This document shows positions 25,301 through 29,993 of a DNA stretch of 64,000 nt, in pieces. Positions within the stretch are counted from its first letter, which is position 1. Each line of letters begins with the position of its first letter. Under the pieces are notes generated by a model. The model had not been told where the DNA came from. It ran no database searches and saw only the letters and a list, made by a program, of their open reading frames with translations. The stretch is from Patescibacteria group bacterium (lineage in GTDB: Bacteria > Patescibacteriota > UBA1384 > XYA2-FULL-43-10 > 1-14-0-10-43-13): the NCBI GenBank assembly GCA_041671645.1, contig JBAZBD010000001.1, positions 799,234 through 863,233 of the forward strand. The letters run 5' to 3'. A program made the translations under genes and the position numbers.

Positions 25301-27273
25301 TCAGTATCAATCTTCATGTCAGACTTTGGCGCTGTCTCTTGCCAGACAAAGCTTGAATCCAAGCTGCCTTCGATCTTTTTGGCTTCGACTGCGACAACCT
25401 TGTCTTGGCCAGTCTCATCTTTGACGACTTCACCAGTTGAGGCATTTACATCAAAAGCTTCTGGCTTGTCTCTGAATTTGAGATCGTCTTTGACGACGAC
25501 AGTCTTGTTTTCTTTGGTCTCTGGGTCGGTGACGACAACACTTCCTTCTTTCCCGCCATCAGTCTTGGTCACATTCCACTGGAAATTCTTCGGCGCGTCT
25601 TCGCCCTTGATTGTCTTCCAGAGACGTACACCATACTCAGAGATGTCAAATTCAAATTTGAGGTTACCGTCATCGGTTGTGACCTGGCTATCCTCAGCCA
25701 AAATCTGTGGTGCAATCCATTTGGAAAGCGCGTTTCTGGTATCTTCGGCCATCTTCTGGTCAGGAGTGTTGATATCGGCCCAAGCCACTTTGCTGTCAGT
25801 TCCCTTTGATTTTGATAAAACTGGATTGCCATCGACGTCTTTCAGGGTCACCGTATATTTGTCGCCAGTTTGTCGAGACTCGATTTCATAGCCAATCTTG
25901 TCTTTGAAAACTTTGACAGTAGAGGGCATCTGGTCAAAAAGCACATATTCGGGCGTATCGATGGAATGATTTGGGTTGATATCCTTCCAGCTTGAGTCAG
26001 CCTTGGCATAATCTTCTTTGTAGTGGACAAGGCCGGTATAGGACTCTAGAGTCTTGGTGCCGTTCTTGTTGTCGATTGTCTTGGTAGTCTCTGTGCGATC
26101 AGCGACAATCTCATTTGGATTGGCCAAAATCTGGTCAGTGCCGTTGTTTGAAATAGTAGTATTCTTCTGGCCCTCTTCTTTGGCGATGACAAATGAATAT
26201 TCCTGGCTCCATGGCGACCAAGCGCCAACAGAGTCCTGATAGCGAACGCGAGAGTAGTAGGTTCCTTCGGTGAGTAGAGTTGTTAGCTTGATATTTGTCA
26301 GTTCGTCTTTGGGCTCTGTCTTTGTCTGATCGAAGATCGGAGAAGCATAATCGCCAGATTTGGTCGAAATCTGCCACTCTGAAGCGTTTTGCGTGTCATT
26401 GTCGATATCAAGATAAGAGCTAGCGCTTAGGGTCTGAGTATTTCTAAACAAGCTTTTGTCAGCAGTGAACGAGAGACCGGTTGGTGTATTTGGAAGTCTA
26501 GAGTAGAGCAAGGTCAAAGAGTGCAAAACAGGCGAAAGACTAGCGTCGCCAGTCGAAAGGGTCAAGCGTATGTAGAGAGTCTCGGAATCGGCCATCTCAA
26601 GGACATCGCTCGAAAACAAAATGTTGTCAGTAGAAAATTCCTTTTTGACAGCACCGCCGTTGAGTACTTCGCTGGCCTCGATCGAAAGCCAATCGACAAA
26701 CTCACCCTTGGCCGGGGTGTAGGCCAAAATCGCGTTGCCAGATTCCTGGTACTGATTTTGTGTAATATCTGAGTCTAACTTCGCACTTTGGGAAAGAGAG
26801 AGAGAATTGGGGTTATCGGCTGTCGAAAGTCCAGAAATAGTCCAACTCTGCCAAGCTTCCTGTGTGCCCCAAGCCACTTGTGAAGAGGCGAAAGTGCGAA
26901 TGACGCTGGTAGCAAAAACGGAGGTGAAGATAAGGGCCACGATGCCAGACATGTAGCCGGAGAGTGAAACCCAGTGAATTGCAGAAGCAAACGGGCTCAT
27001 GTGCCACTTGTAGTACCATCTGAATTTCATCCGAAGATTGTTGTGGAGGGTGGCGAAGACTGGAAAAGTAACCTTGGTCGAACGCTGGATCAAAATGATT
27101 TCACGTTCAAGCTGAGCTTCCTTCTTTTGGAGCTCTTTTTGCTTCTCCGCGACAATCACCTCTTCTTTGGTGAGACCTTCAATCGCTGCCTTGTCCTGAG
27201 GCAACAAAGTGTACTTCTCCAAAGGTGCTTTTTTGGAAAAATGACTGCGGAAAAATTTGCGTAGGCCCTTCAA
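7390..27273 (-). CDS. Giant cell-surface protein (adhesin-like), 6,627 aa. From N to C it has a cytoplasmic coiled tail and TM signal-anchor, many FN3 domains, a YVTN 7-blade beta-propeller, WxGGG..NW beta-helix repeats, Listeria-Bacteroides repeats, DUF285 repeats and a C-terminal TM with CarbopepD_reg-like modules.
   Basis: Single uninterrupted ORF. TTG start at 27273 with an AGGAGG RBS 4 nt upstream. The TM MSGIVALIFTSVFATSVI sits about 115 aa from the start. Recognisable repeat classes are listed in the findings. Confidence 0.8.
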   Translation of the reverse strand: MKGLRKFFRSHFSKKAPLEKYTLLPQDKAAIEGLTKEEVIVAEKQKELQKKEAQLEREIILIQRSTKVTFPVFATLHNNLRMKFRWYYKWHMSPFASAIHWVSLSGYMSGIVALIFTSVFATSVIRTFASSQVAWGTQEAWQSWTISGLSTADNPNSLSLSQSAKLDSDITQNQYQESGNAILAYTPAKGEFVDWLSIEASEVLNGGAVKKEFSTDNILFSSDVLEMADSETLYIRLTLSTGDASLSPVLHSLTLLYSRLPNTPTGLSFTADKSLFRNTQTLSASSYLDIDNDTQNASEWQISTKSGDYASPIFDQTKTEPKDELTNIKLTTLLTEGTYYSRVRYQDSVGAWSPWSQEYSFVIAKEEGQKNTTISNNGTDQILANPNEIVADRTETTKTIDNKNGTKTLESYTGLVHYKEDYAKADSSWKDINPNHSIDTPEYVLFDQMPSTVKVFKDKIGYEIESRQTGDKYTVTLKDVDGNPVLSKSKGTDSKVAWADINTPDQKMAEDTRNALSKWIAPQILAEDSQVTTDDGNLKFEFDISEYGVRLWKTIKGEDAPKNFQWNVTKTDGGKEGSVVVTDPETKENKTVVVKDDLKFRDKPEAFDVNASTGEVVKDETGQDKVVAVEAKKIEGSLDSSFVWQETAPKSDMKIDTDVIYYPNTHTEVTSVDGYTYSSRSNWDWASIRSGGYSAADDGTSGDMAAIAAGNNAAWAYVSRSAFLFDTSSIPNTATISAANFSVYGAYKMGDPSGWNSSLGLYSSNPSSNTSLQASDYDTFGTTAFASAIPYASYNDMGYNDFAMNASGLAAISTSGVTKLGLRITADAADSQPTINADYDSVYFYGYFAENDGTALDPKLTVTYSGGNTISGTIYDGIGGSVLGADIPISITSNGGGKMSGVTGSGGTFSFSGVELVAGKPVTIFIDNDPSYNSGSIVYLPESAIDKTGLNMYRYKTTLYSDYTAGAITNADLAIADDCGCFSDFSVSGSTLSTMYDLYVTQYTMFTPGGNVNAYGMYNDGIVEMEANNLTLSSSFYQAGGEFNAGSGTHILATPTFSGGTFNANTSNLTLSNYQITVSTGATFNGDTATITMLNASFAMSGGTFTSTSGTLTITTDSNGYYSDYTWNISGGTFNNANGTFKIGSIPANSSYNPYTFTNVPPIYNYIYANTGDGTVGYSAGFTVSNDFSVTNGYLSPSYAVVVGRDAAISSGAYFSGSDITIGRNLTTTAGGTFSPYVVTFDTAQESVISGDNAPSSFTCATAGKTLSFAADSTQTISGALTIQGAAGNNIVMKLNGTAGSGQWKINANTSGMSPWTVDRVTYSDSNNLNSRPIAPTNSTASGSNNTNWLGSHISGTAYQGIGQGNVGSGQNVSASVNGGAKQTMATDGNGAFDFVAGGVTAGTVITIFFEDGNYSAGNIVTVAAGSSDITGLSLYSYLVSLTYEDSGPMTNTILATADNCSDANGKILFSVDGSNVLSTSYSLHIPASKVYTPGASVGSSGAYIYGTINATATFTSSDMGSFYVESGAVFNAGTGTVTVGGLYLNGGTFNSNSSTLVLNGYSTTIISGTFNSNTATVTIKSYNFYLYGGTFNAPAQVLTLDANDVATDFLFDMSGGGTFVNNDGAVWINNINSANTYYVKCGSNQFYQLSANSANGTVVTQDTLLVEHSLNITLANTFNAYGYNVETKHFAQDTGTFSAPNGTMKVSGDFIRDGGTFSNNYGTVELNSASLAQVVGGSTEFYNFTMTTSTARTISFNPGTNQTVTGQWTATGIADNLLTLQRNGTGAQWEITPSTSMDNQWTVDYVSVSNSKNNAANPISPTNWTKGVNVTNWDVLPGCVWDGGGTGNNWSTAENWTLDTVPDAACDVVFDSTSTKASTLDSGFTAHIKSLSINTGYTDTVTLGADLNDDGALNLAEGTLSAGNYTINIGGSWNNTGGTFTKGTSTVNFNGTAAATVASNSNDFYNITVAGQAGTISTPYAWIANSGATTTTKIDTSSNAVTTHTIGAAEFGVAVDNSGFIWQTNRSNGTLTKINASTNSVDASITIGSDPYGVAIDSNGFVWVASGTNNVAYKINPTTNAIAATVNVGARAYGIAADSSGFVWVANFNSNTVSKINATTDTVVATITVGTQPAGVAVDLNGFVWVPNYGTSDVSKINPTTNTVVATVSAGTNAFGVAADANGFVWVSNLGTNTVTKINTATNAVAATVTVGSAPCGVAVDASGFVWVTNSSANSVSKINGSTNVVAATINTGLAPYSLGDFTGYAYKKIVLSQGGTGSITLSDALVASNNLTVSSGTFTSGANAVTVGSFIQTDGTFAAPSTTMSVANDFTHTAGTFTHNSGTVVFNGGDSSIQDISGDTTFSAVTIQPGATTTKTLKFEASKTQTIAGALTVSGASGRVISLNSSSDGSTWSIDPQSTRAISYASVKDSINANATAIYTDNSGSNVTSAGNNVNWFASAPPNAASTVAITSIDSTLFTVTWTDNSSDETGFKVFTAAGNADCSAASYSGTPDYTTAADATSQAITGKTINTQYCAKVIATNADGDSDPAFAAPKYTLANTPDAPTVTAYDWSAASGNNMAAVINVNSNPAGTEFALSCNATPDSWLQGDGTCGASKVWKTKVNWETGTVNYLKNLTSNTLYSVKALARNGDTTETSASSAGTATSAPAQPASLTHTANTASQISWDWADVAGASSYRLLKSSDDSDVGSPSASAYDQGSLSANTQYTNYVRAYNGVLGQASSTASAYSSIEAASGITFGTIATDSIQVSATGTFTNLSVGSSGLYITKSAGTGTGFASWNTNNNTLTNTGLSPNTQYSYTAQARNGDGETTAATDSISKYTLAAAPDAPTLAASSASVINIKLTDNSSTTYAIAVSADGGSTWNYVKHADGTNQASEDWQNYAAWGGASGFDNVSLSPNVQYTYKVKARNGDNTETAFSSTAAKYTLANVPSAPTVDATSSSSLTVKINQNSNPAGTNYAVYNDTLSKYVQADGSSDTSAVWQDYTTWGGASGVTNTGLTANTEYTYKVKAKNGDNVETALSSGTAQTTVDVAPTEPNTVAIGTLTTTGFTVTWTDASSNETGFKVYTAAGNADCSAASYSGTPDYTTAAGAISQAITSKSINTQYCAKVIATNAIGDSAPAYAAPKYTLAAAPDAPTLAASSASVINIKLTDNSSTTYAIAVSADGGSTWNYVKHADGTNQASEDWQNYAAWGGASGFDNVSLSPNVQYTYKVKARNGDNTETAFSSTAAKYTLANVPGTPTFGTVTSTTIPVLIAQNSNPSNTTYAIKVVYGATTKYVQANSTLGDSAVWQAYATWGSSKTVTGLTANTLYTFSVAATNGDSVATAYSATADQSTLAVYTLTYNSGANGSVIGSSPQTVDHGSSGSEVVATPAANYHFVKWSDNDSTNPVRTDTNVTANITTTASFAIDTHTLAYSAGANGSIVGTTPQTIDHGASGSEVTATPAANYHFVSWSDDVMTAARTDSNVAGDIAVTASFAIDTHTLTYSAGANGSIVGTTPQTVDHGSSGSEVTATPAANYHFVSWSDDVMTAARTDLNVADNISVTATFAINTYTLTYNAGSNGSVVGTSPQTVDYGANGSQVTATPAAGYYFVDWSDANTTAARTDTNVTVDITVTANFALQFLSRWDTSKTSSGSSTATQIHLPLESTGTYNFIVDWGDSSTSTITTWNQAETTHTYASGGIYDLKIGGTITGFRFNNAGDKLKLSQISQFGPLRLGNSDGYFSGTKNLKITATDVLNTTGTTTMKNSFRDSGIDTVPSMNSWDMSAVTDMYCMFESSSLFNQDISSWNTGAVTSMYAMFYNAFVFNQNIGSWNTTNVINMAYMFESAWAFNQNISSWNTGSVTTMREMFWNNSAFNQNISNWNTGAVTNMNQMFYSAAAFNQNLASWNVVNVTDMTNMFSSSALSNANYSNILIGWSAQAVKSNVTLGAATKKYTLGAAADGRAHLVSAHTWTITDGGPSAFVLTYSAGSGGSIVGITPQTVDYGANGSEVTATPAANYHFTSWSDGVLTAARTETNVITDKSVTASFAIDTHTLTYSAGANGSVVGSTPQTVNYGANGSQVTATPAANYHFVSWSDDVMTAARTDSNVAGDIAVTASFALDAPASATGVTITPTSSTTFNVTWTDNSSIETGYKVYTADGNADCSAASYSGTPDTTTSADAVSQAIASKSVNTQYCAKVVATNSGGDSAPAYAAPKYTLANVPTFTTVAGDYSDADLWHLDTTINASANPAGTNYYIQYSTNDGAGAGNFYDPNAMAWQTETTYLFKKDKDNVDLAANTQYWMKVKAKNGDNVETIYTSTSVADVTPPAAPTALNITNICTTKATTTWTAATGADSYTVSYGTDTAATNIGTLTTATTSKQITGLSNTTTYYWKASATSTANGTGPYAAPSSFETSNCGVESPDDFAGSAASTTQINWTWSDITSEETGYKVEDSAHTSLSGNLDAGSTSYNETPLSANTGYTRHVNVYNGGGSQDSNSDTVYTLAAVPGQPTVTTLSSSRIRITVDKNGNPNANTRYAIAVSADAGSTWNYVKNADGTTQVSEDWQLYADWGGDSGFANTGLTKNTNYIYKIKARNGDNVATDFGATNNTTTLDNFSVTISSDGSGSGSLDQVTQIVDAGADVTTTATAAASSDFVSWTGCDTVATNICYLTDVSADRSITAVFTIKTYTITINEAGTGTGDLDQVTQDVNYGANLTVVATADISSTFTGWSGDATGTGDASFTNITANKTITATFTIKTYTITINTTGTGMGDLDQATQTVNYGANLTVVATPAASSTFAGWSGDATGTGDASFTNITANKTITATFTIRSYTVTISKAGNGTGDLDQSTQVVTYGANLTVAATPAVSSDFTGWSGDAAGTGSAALTNITADKTITATFTLKTYTISSSAGSNGAISPLGDNLANYGTSPEYTITPSDGYYISNVVVDGSAISGTLPSSYTFTNVTATHSISVSFAANNTCVWDGQAADDNWSSADNWTANIIPSATCDVIFDATSTKDSTLDASFTSHIKSLSVNTGYSGTISANTTLNDDGDFTLNAGTFTANAQTLNIAGSLTMTADPTAVFNEGTSTINFNPTTTGKTITTNGQVLGNLIFNGVDAVIDPNVTLLNNNISLLANHTLTAGWTFQDNVSAQSLTANAGTLVDGGKSVNIAGDIIIANKVGVLASTGVWTQSSSGNIANPDMHNTFGSLVAAGSGITSTMTAGVSVGLGSGSAGAFTVGPGTLMGIGKAVIVYSRSNDSVTVNNLTADSRLGVLAIYPQIADMTQKAITLPSNFATTFSFQQDPTGILTATGNFNFGNSNVIVAKDRTTTPAGYVDMSTHNLTCKNLTIGSTSTNEYATIPGYLKLGSGTTNIAGSLSHGNASNIGNKLDLGSGTINVGGNWDTSNITVTPGTSTVDLTGTGTLQSKGYAAAPYDFYNLKLAHNGNTTNAISSVTTSNVLYTYAGGTLNGDNRYAFRMYKSDGDAVVNTGANFTASTFLVYRPSSDVTVAGQNFGQGSVAYSGVTNDVAITLSSDVTTTRDIYAYSITTGKRTTLNAVDNNLTARNLYLAYPVYGVGTANLGSGTHEFTNGIFRYTGSTDDTNVLNLESSSVSIGGNIDFTGMTVDPGTSTITLNGIGGQTVAGSNTFNNLSATASAARTISFASDTTQTVNGALSLNGTSAGNITLSRSGGTGTDQWKIDPKGSTSTSYLSVENSKNLSSAVIDPSNSINLGNTNKWFPPTGTISFSSARTNQIDQTLTLSSSTGTQMKVSNSPDFSGSEYETFSTSKSWTLAAPTVDGMKTVYLKVKDIDGDESPTASASIILDITAPSAPTNLTALSASASVSLSWVNPTDTDFANVAIFRSTEADFTPNIGTNKIAYTTLSSTATYIDSNVTSGVTYYYKVEAIDSVDNYSAASNQASGKPDSDKPTAPGKPTVSGKTNTIDNIEYYNQPAVTLTWPAATDTNSGILNYSIKICKTSGCANANDALSLSTLTSPSNSLTLDGASALADGTYYVRVAANDNLGNQFAWSEELTFILDTVLPSSLEKVEAFDISDRVNSDYRVMLRWKASTDTGSGLLGYTIVKNGNNIISESTSGVQVDASGYASYVDTVTPNTQFNYSVFSFDLAKNQTASMAAEFQTTTVVDCSGCVILPPDEPGEGTLEISDVKATPSELMSEKAQATITWKTTVPATTQVKYGASAPYPYTTEVDTGLNSFHTVVLSDLDFNKTYHFAVISKDKYGQTAESTDFTFATKDIFKEQSVLDTVISNLSGTAMKVRDIIGQMQIVGVNNSGQPVVFGIPTSTTTPASTAAVAGIAIISAAAAPLANAATLFSLPEYIRSLIFALASLGTKKSRRKWGRVLEVGTYIPIAQAKLTLFKLTQTFPGSFSKRPVANTYSDIEGNFSFVADPGKYEIEVTKDLYEVSEAPGFYKKGQIIEVKSEQEGLIVPNILLSMNDKSIAKRFSFIEKIGVVEKVLVYVSLGFLIFGTVSILNSLAHSHRDTVTLVSALLFPLLWYVNIKSFVKVSPWGNVLDSVNHSGVSLALVRIMDGEGKRLIRTAVTNEKGKFSTVLPKGKYKLLVAKAGYKPSDATHMDAQEKLQTVSRKIEIDRDK
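12757..12850. repeat. About 95-bp perfect intragenic repeat, copy 1. It is the coding sequence of a 72-aa Listeria-Bacteroides-type repeat unit.
   Basis: The sequence gattgtaaatgtggccgtaattgtcttgttagctgtgatgtt.gtgaaagatgcgtcccctgtgccagttgcgtcgccagaccaacca recurs 216 bp later. Confidence 0.7.
12972..13068. repeat. About 95-bp perfect intragenic repeat, copy 2.
   Basis: See copy 1. The period is 216 bp, or 72 aa. Confidence 0.7.
17489..17828. repeat. 340-bp perfect intragenic duplication, copy 1. It encodes an FN3-type segment.
   Basis: The stretch from ggtacattagccaaagtatacttggcagcag to gcaagggtgtatttgg is identical base-for-base to 18413..18752. Confidence 0.85.
18413..18752. repeat. 340-bp perfect intragenic duplication, copy 2.
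   Basis: Identical to 17489..17828. The period is 924 bp (308 aa, roughly three FN3 domains). Confidence 0.85.
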
Positions 27274-27312
27274 CTTCCCTCCTGCGACAACCAGTCTTAT
27301 TATTATGAGTAT

Positions 27313-27341
27313 ATTTTAACAAGAGAAGTGAACTCGTTCAA
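27313..27341 (-). promoter_or_regulatory. Putative promoter of the giant gene (TTGAAC-N17-TAAAAT), with a GTGAAC-tc-GTTCAC inverted repeat overlapping the -35 element.
   Basis: Minus-strand sequence cccttgaacgagttcacttctcttgttaaaat, about 35 nt upstream of the RBS. Confidence 0.25.
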
Positions 27342-27429
27342 GGGCAAAAGAGGGTCTTGGCTGTTGATAAGATACAGAAAAATAGAACAAATTTATTTGC
27401 CTCATATTTGTCTTTGCTAGACTAGATAA

Positions 27430-28158
27430 TTAGTAAATTTTCTTTTGCAAATTTTGACGGATTTTCCACGAATCAACTATCATTTTGAGCCCATCTTTCA
27501 ATGGGTTGACAGTCGAATGTGGATCATCGTGCCAGGTGATCCCCTCCTCCTTTATTTTGTATCCTAATTTTTTGGCAATAGCTAAAACTTCAATATCGAA
27601 AGAGAAGTCAAATATGGTCAGCTTCTCGAAAATCGCTCCGGCCGCCTCTTTCGAAAATAATTTGAAACCGCACTGTGTGTCTTTGATCCCAGGCGTCACA
27701 AGGGCTTGGATCATCCAGTTCAAAGCTCGGCTGCCCGCTCTTCGAGTGAATGACTGTGGGATGGCTAATTTGCCACCTTTGCAGTATCTGGAGCCGATGA
27801 CGACATCGTATTTATCGATATGGGCAAGAAGTTTGTCGACCTGTTCGATTGGGGTAGAATTATCAGCATCGGCGAATAACACATACTGGCCCTTTGCCAA
27901 TTTGATTCCGTCCTGCACTGCACCACCCTTCCCGCGGTTCTGTTCGCCTTCGTAGATCACCAGATTCGGAATTCTGTCCACAAAATGTTCGGCGGAGCCA
28001 ACCGTGTCATCAGGGGATGCATCAATTGCAACTATCGTTTCGACGATGAAGTCTTTGGTTTTAACATATTTTTCTATCGCTTCCAGAATAACGTGGATCC
28101 GTTTTTCTTCACGATATGCCGGAATCACAATTGATAAATAGATTTTCTCGTCCATCAA
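27430..28158 (-). CDS. GT2 polyprenol-phosphate glycosyltransferase (DPM1/GtrB-like), 242 aa.
   Basis: Matches the dolichol-P-mannose synthase family through LSIVIPAYRE, the DAD motif (FADADNSTP) and GSRY. Confidence 0.8.
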   Translation of the reverse strand: MMDEKIYLSIVIPAYREEKRIHVILEAIEKYVKTKDFIVETIVAIDASPDDTVGSAEHFVDRIPNLVIYEGEQNRGKGGAVQDGIKLAKGQYVLFADADNSTPIEQVDKLLAHIDKYDVVIGSRYCKGGKLAIPQSFTRRAGSRALNWMIQALVTPGIKDTQCGFKLFSKEAAGAIFEKLTIFDFSFDIEVLAIAKKLGYKIKEEGITWHDDPHSTVNPLKDGLKMIVDSWKIRQNLQKKIY

Positions 28159-29993
28159 AGTCCTATTTTGTGATTAATATTTGGTCTGGGATAATCAAGA
28201 TATTTGATCGGATACGGAGATTTGGGCGGATGTTGCTTCAAGTCTTCCGGAGTAATGTTGTAGACCAGGATAGAGCCACCAATAATCGCCTTTGGCTTAA
28301 TATCGTCAAGCCAGTTGTACGACCATTTGCCCTCTTCTGGACCACGTAATTTTGACAATTGATAGAAAGTCGCAGAGACAGCCAACCAGCCCGTAGTGGG
28401 TCCGTAGCTAGAATGCCAGTCTGTACGACTTGGCAAGTAATAGGTGGGGACTGAACCGAAATAATCCACCTTAATATTCGTGATATTATTGTCGCCTACG
28501 TATTTCTTGAGTCGGAGAAAGTCCTGGCCCCAATCAAGTGAAGAGTCAACTAGCCTGGTGTAGCGCTTGTCTTTGGGGGTGAGTTCATTGAAATACGCGA
28601 TGAAATTAGGGAAATTTGAGATTGTTGAAACAGCTAAATATGCCAGAAGAATAACTAGGGCGATCTGCATCCGACCCAGTTTCCGCCAATTCCAGCTGGG
28701 ATTCACAATTGGATAAATTGCATAACCGATCATCAATAATACGAAGGGAATCGTTGGCATGAGATGACGAATACCAATGTTCAGCGAACCCTGCAATGTG
28801 ATAGCCCAGTAAATAACCCATGGCACGATTAGGAGCGAGAGCATCCATTTGATTTCTTTTTGCTTTGGCCAATTACGAATTATCGAATAAACAGAAAAGA
28901 AAAACATAGCTATGATTGGTAAGGGAGTTTTGAGCAACCAAGCGACCGGGAAATACCAGGGGATTGATTTGTCAGAAAGATGACCCCAAATAAAGGTTGC
29001 ATTGCCACCGCCAACACGGCCGATAACTAGGAATATTCCCAGGATATAGTGGCCAAGTGCTCGCAAGTACGGATTATTTTCAAATAAGTGGAGAAAGTTT
29101 CTAAGGGGCAAAGTCCTCGCATCGGACGTCATATTTGTGTCTATCAATTGATGCTCGATAGCAGGCGGAGTCTTCCAAACCAAAGGTAGGTAAACCAACC
29201 AGACGACCACCAATGAGATCAGACTGACATATACTAGAGGCATGAAATTTGCAACAAAATTATGCCGGAAGCCTTTCTCCTTTCTATCCAAAACGGCCCG
29301 AACTACCACGAGAATGAAGAAAATCGGGAACAGCAAAACCCCAGAAAACTTTAGGAGTTCAGCTATCCCGAGCGCAACTCCGGCAAGCAAAATGCTCGAC
29401 AAAGTTTTCTTAGTGACCGCCTTGTCAAAGGCATACGTCGCCAAGACAAAACCAAATGCCGCCGCTACGTCGGTAGTGACTAGCCGGCCGTGAGCGATGA
29501 CGTCAGGGTAAAGCGCATATAGGAAAAGGATGACTACGCCGACTTTCCAGCCGAAGAGCTCAATCGCCCACTTGAAGAGCAACAGGCCCAGCCCAATCAT
29601 GAGCAGCATCATCGGAAGTCTGGCAAGAGAGAATACTTCGGCAGGATCGTTGCCTTGACGATAAATCATGCTCCAGCCCGATTCCCATTGGTTTATGTCT
29701 TTGAAGCTTGAATCGTCCTCTGGACCCTTGATCTTACTATTCATGACGAGAGGAACACCGGCCAGAACTTTCGCCAGAGGCGGATGCTCTGGATTCAATC
29801 GATAATCTTGATCTTTTAAGTAGGTATAGCCAGCGGGAATATGTGCGATTTCATCGACAATAGCAGAATCACCCGGCGTGTTTCCGATCCCTCGGGAGGA
29901 AAATAGGGCGAGCAAGAACATAAACAGGAGAATCCCCGCAGGCACGAAATATTTATATTGTATTTTACTGCAGATCCTCTTTAGCAATTTCAT
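28155..29993 (-). CDS. GT-C glycosyltransferase of PMT_2 / GT39-like type (phospholipid-carrier-dependent, YkcB/ArnT-like), 612 aa.
   Basis: DEIAHIPAGYTY...NPEHPPLAKVL is the DE-x-H plus PPL signature of PMT/ArnT-type GT-C enzymes. About 11 TM helices and a C-terminal soluble domain are present. It overlaps the neighbouring genes by 4 nt and 29 nt. Confidence 0.7.
   Translation of the reverse strand: MKLLKRICSKIQYKYFVPAGILLFMFLLALFSSRGIGNTPGDSAIVDEIAHIPAGYTYLKDQDYRLNPEHPPLAKVLAGVPLVMNSKIKGPEDDSSFKDINQWESGWSMIYRQGNDPAEVFSLARLPMMLLMIGLGLLLFKWAIELFGWKVGVVILFLYALYPDVIAHGRLVTTDVAAAFGFVLATYAFDKAVTKKTLSSILLAGVALGIAELLKFSGVLLFPIFFILVVVRAVLDRKEKGFRHNFVANFMPLVYVSLISLVVVWLVYLPLVWKTPPAIEHQLIDTNMTSDARTLPLRNFLHLFENNPYLRALGHYILGIFLVIGRVGGGNATFIWGHLSDKSIPWYFPVAWLLKTPLPIIAMFFFSVYSIIRNWPKQKEIKWMLSLLIVPWVIYWAITLQGSLNIGIRHLMPTIPFVLLMIGYAIYPIVNPSWNWRKLGRMQIALVILLAYLAVSTISNFPNFIAYFNELTPKDKRYTRLVDSSLDWGQDFLRLKKYVGDNNITNIKVDYFGSVPTYYLPSRTDWHSSYGPTTGWLAVSATFYQLSKLRGPEEGKWSYNWLDDIKPKAIIGGSILVYNITPEDLKQHPPKSPYPIKYLDYPRPNINHKIGL

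Noticed and set aside
7390-27273. Dozens of 60-190-aa plus-strand and alternative-frame ORFs inside the giant gene (for example 11249..11830, 15358..15900, 25316..25891 and 20516..20827).
   Set aside because: They are shadow ORFs of a repeat-rich, compositionally biased coding region. They are antisense to or out of frame with a continuous 19.9-kb ORF that has a strong RBS, and none has its own RBS or recognisable motifs.
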